64,000 nt of DNA from Mobula hypostoma. Taxonomy: Eukaryota. How positions within the stretch are numbered: the first letter of the stretch is position 1; each line of letters starts with the position of its first letter. Shown here piece after piece: positions 63,921 to 64,000 of this stretch. Below the pieces are notes generated by a model. That model was not told the origin of the DNA. It saw nothing but the letters and a program-made list of their open reading frames with translations, and did no database searches. A program made the position numbers and the translations under genes. Location of the stretch: the NCBI RefSeq assembly GCF_963921235.1, contig NC_086108.1, positions 55,492,001-55,556,000 on the forward strand. Direction: 5' to 3'.

Positions 63921-64000
63921 ATACATAATTGTTCATTTCAAACATTTGAATGCTACTGAACCAGAAGATATGAGTGGCACAAGCAGTGAATATCTAAAAC

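Overview
Vertebrate nuclear DNA, most likely a cartilaginous fish (shark or ray), inferred from HE1-type V-SINEs, abundant CR1 and Rex1 LINEs and Penelope-like elements. I recognise no host protein-coding exon, rRNA, tRNA gene or CRISPR array, so the window looks intronic or intergenic. Every ORF I can assign is a transposon remnant: several CR1 LINEs (one ~4.2 kb copy with ORF1 esterase, endonuclease and RT), Rex1/Babar LINEs, four Gypsy LTR-retrotransposon copies from two families (two with both LTRs and 5-bp TSDs), an 858-bp solo LTR, a Tc1 transposon, a PIF/Harbinger element, nested hAT MITEs, V- and CORE-SINEs, and Penelope-like elements (PLEs). The most striking signal is invisible in the ORF track: at least a dozen copies of a minimal type I hammerhead ribozyme from three PLE families. 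They occur as ~100-bp units that start at the ribozyme's 5' edge, as asymmetric fold-back insertions with TSDs, at target-site deletions, and in one case flanking an inverted copy of nearby DNA. Hammerheads in PLEs are established; the recurrent unit boundary and arm asymmetry are my own observations and need checking. All coordinates and family calls were made by eye without database searches.
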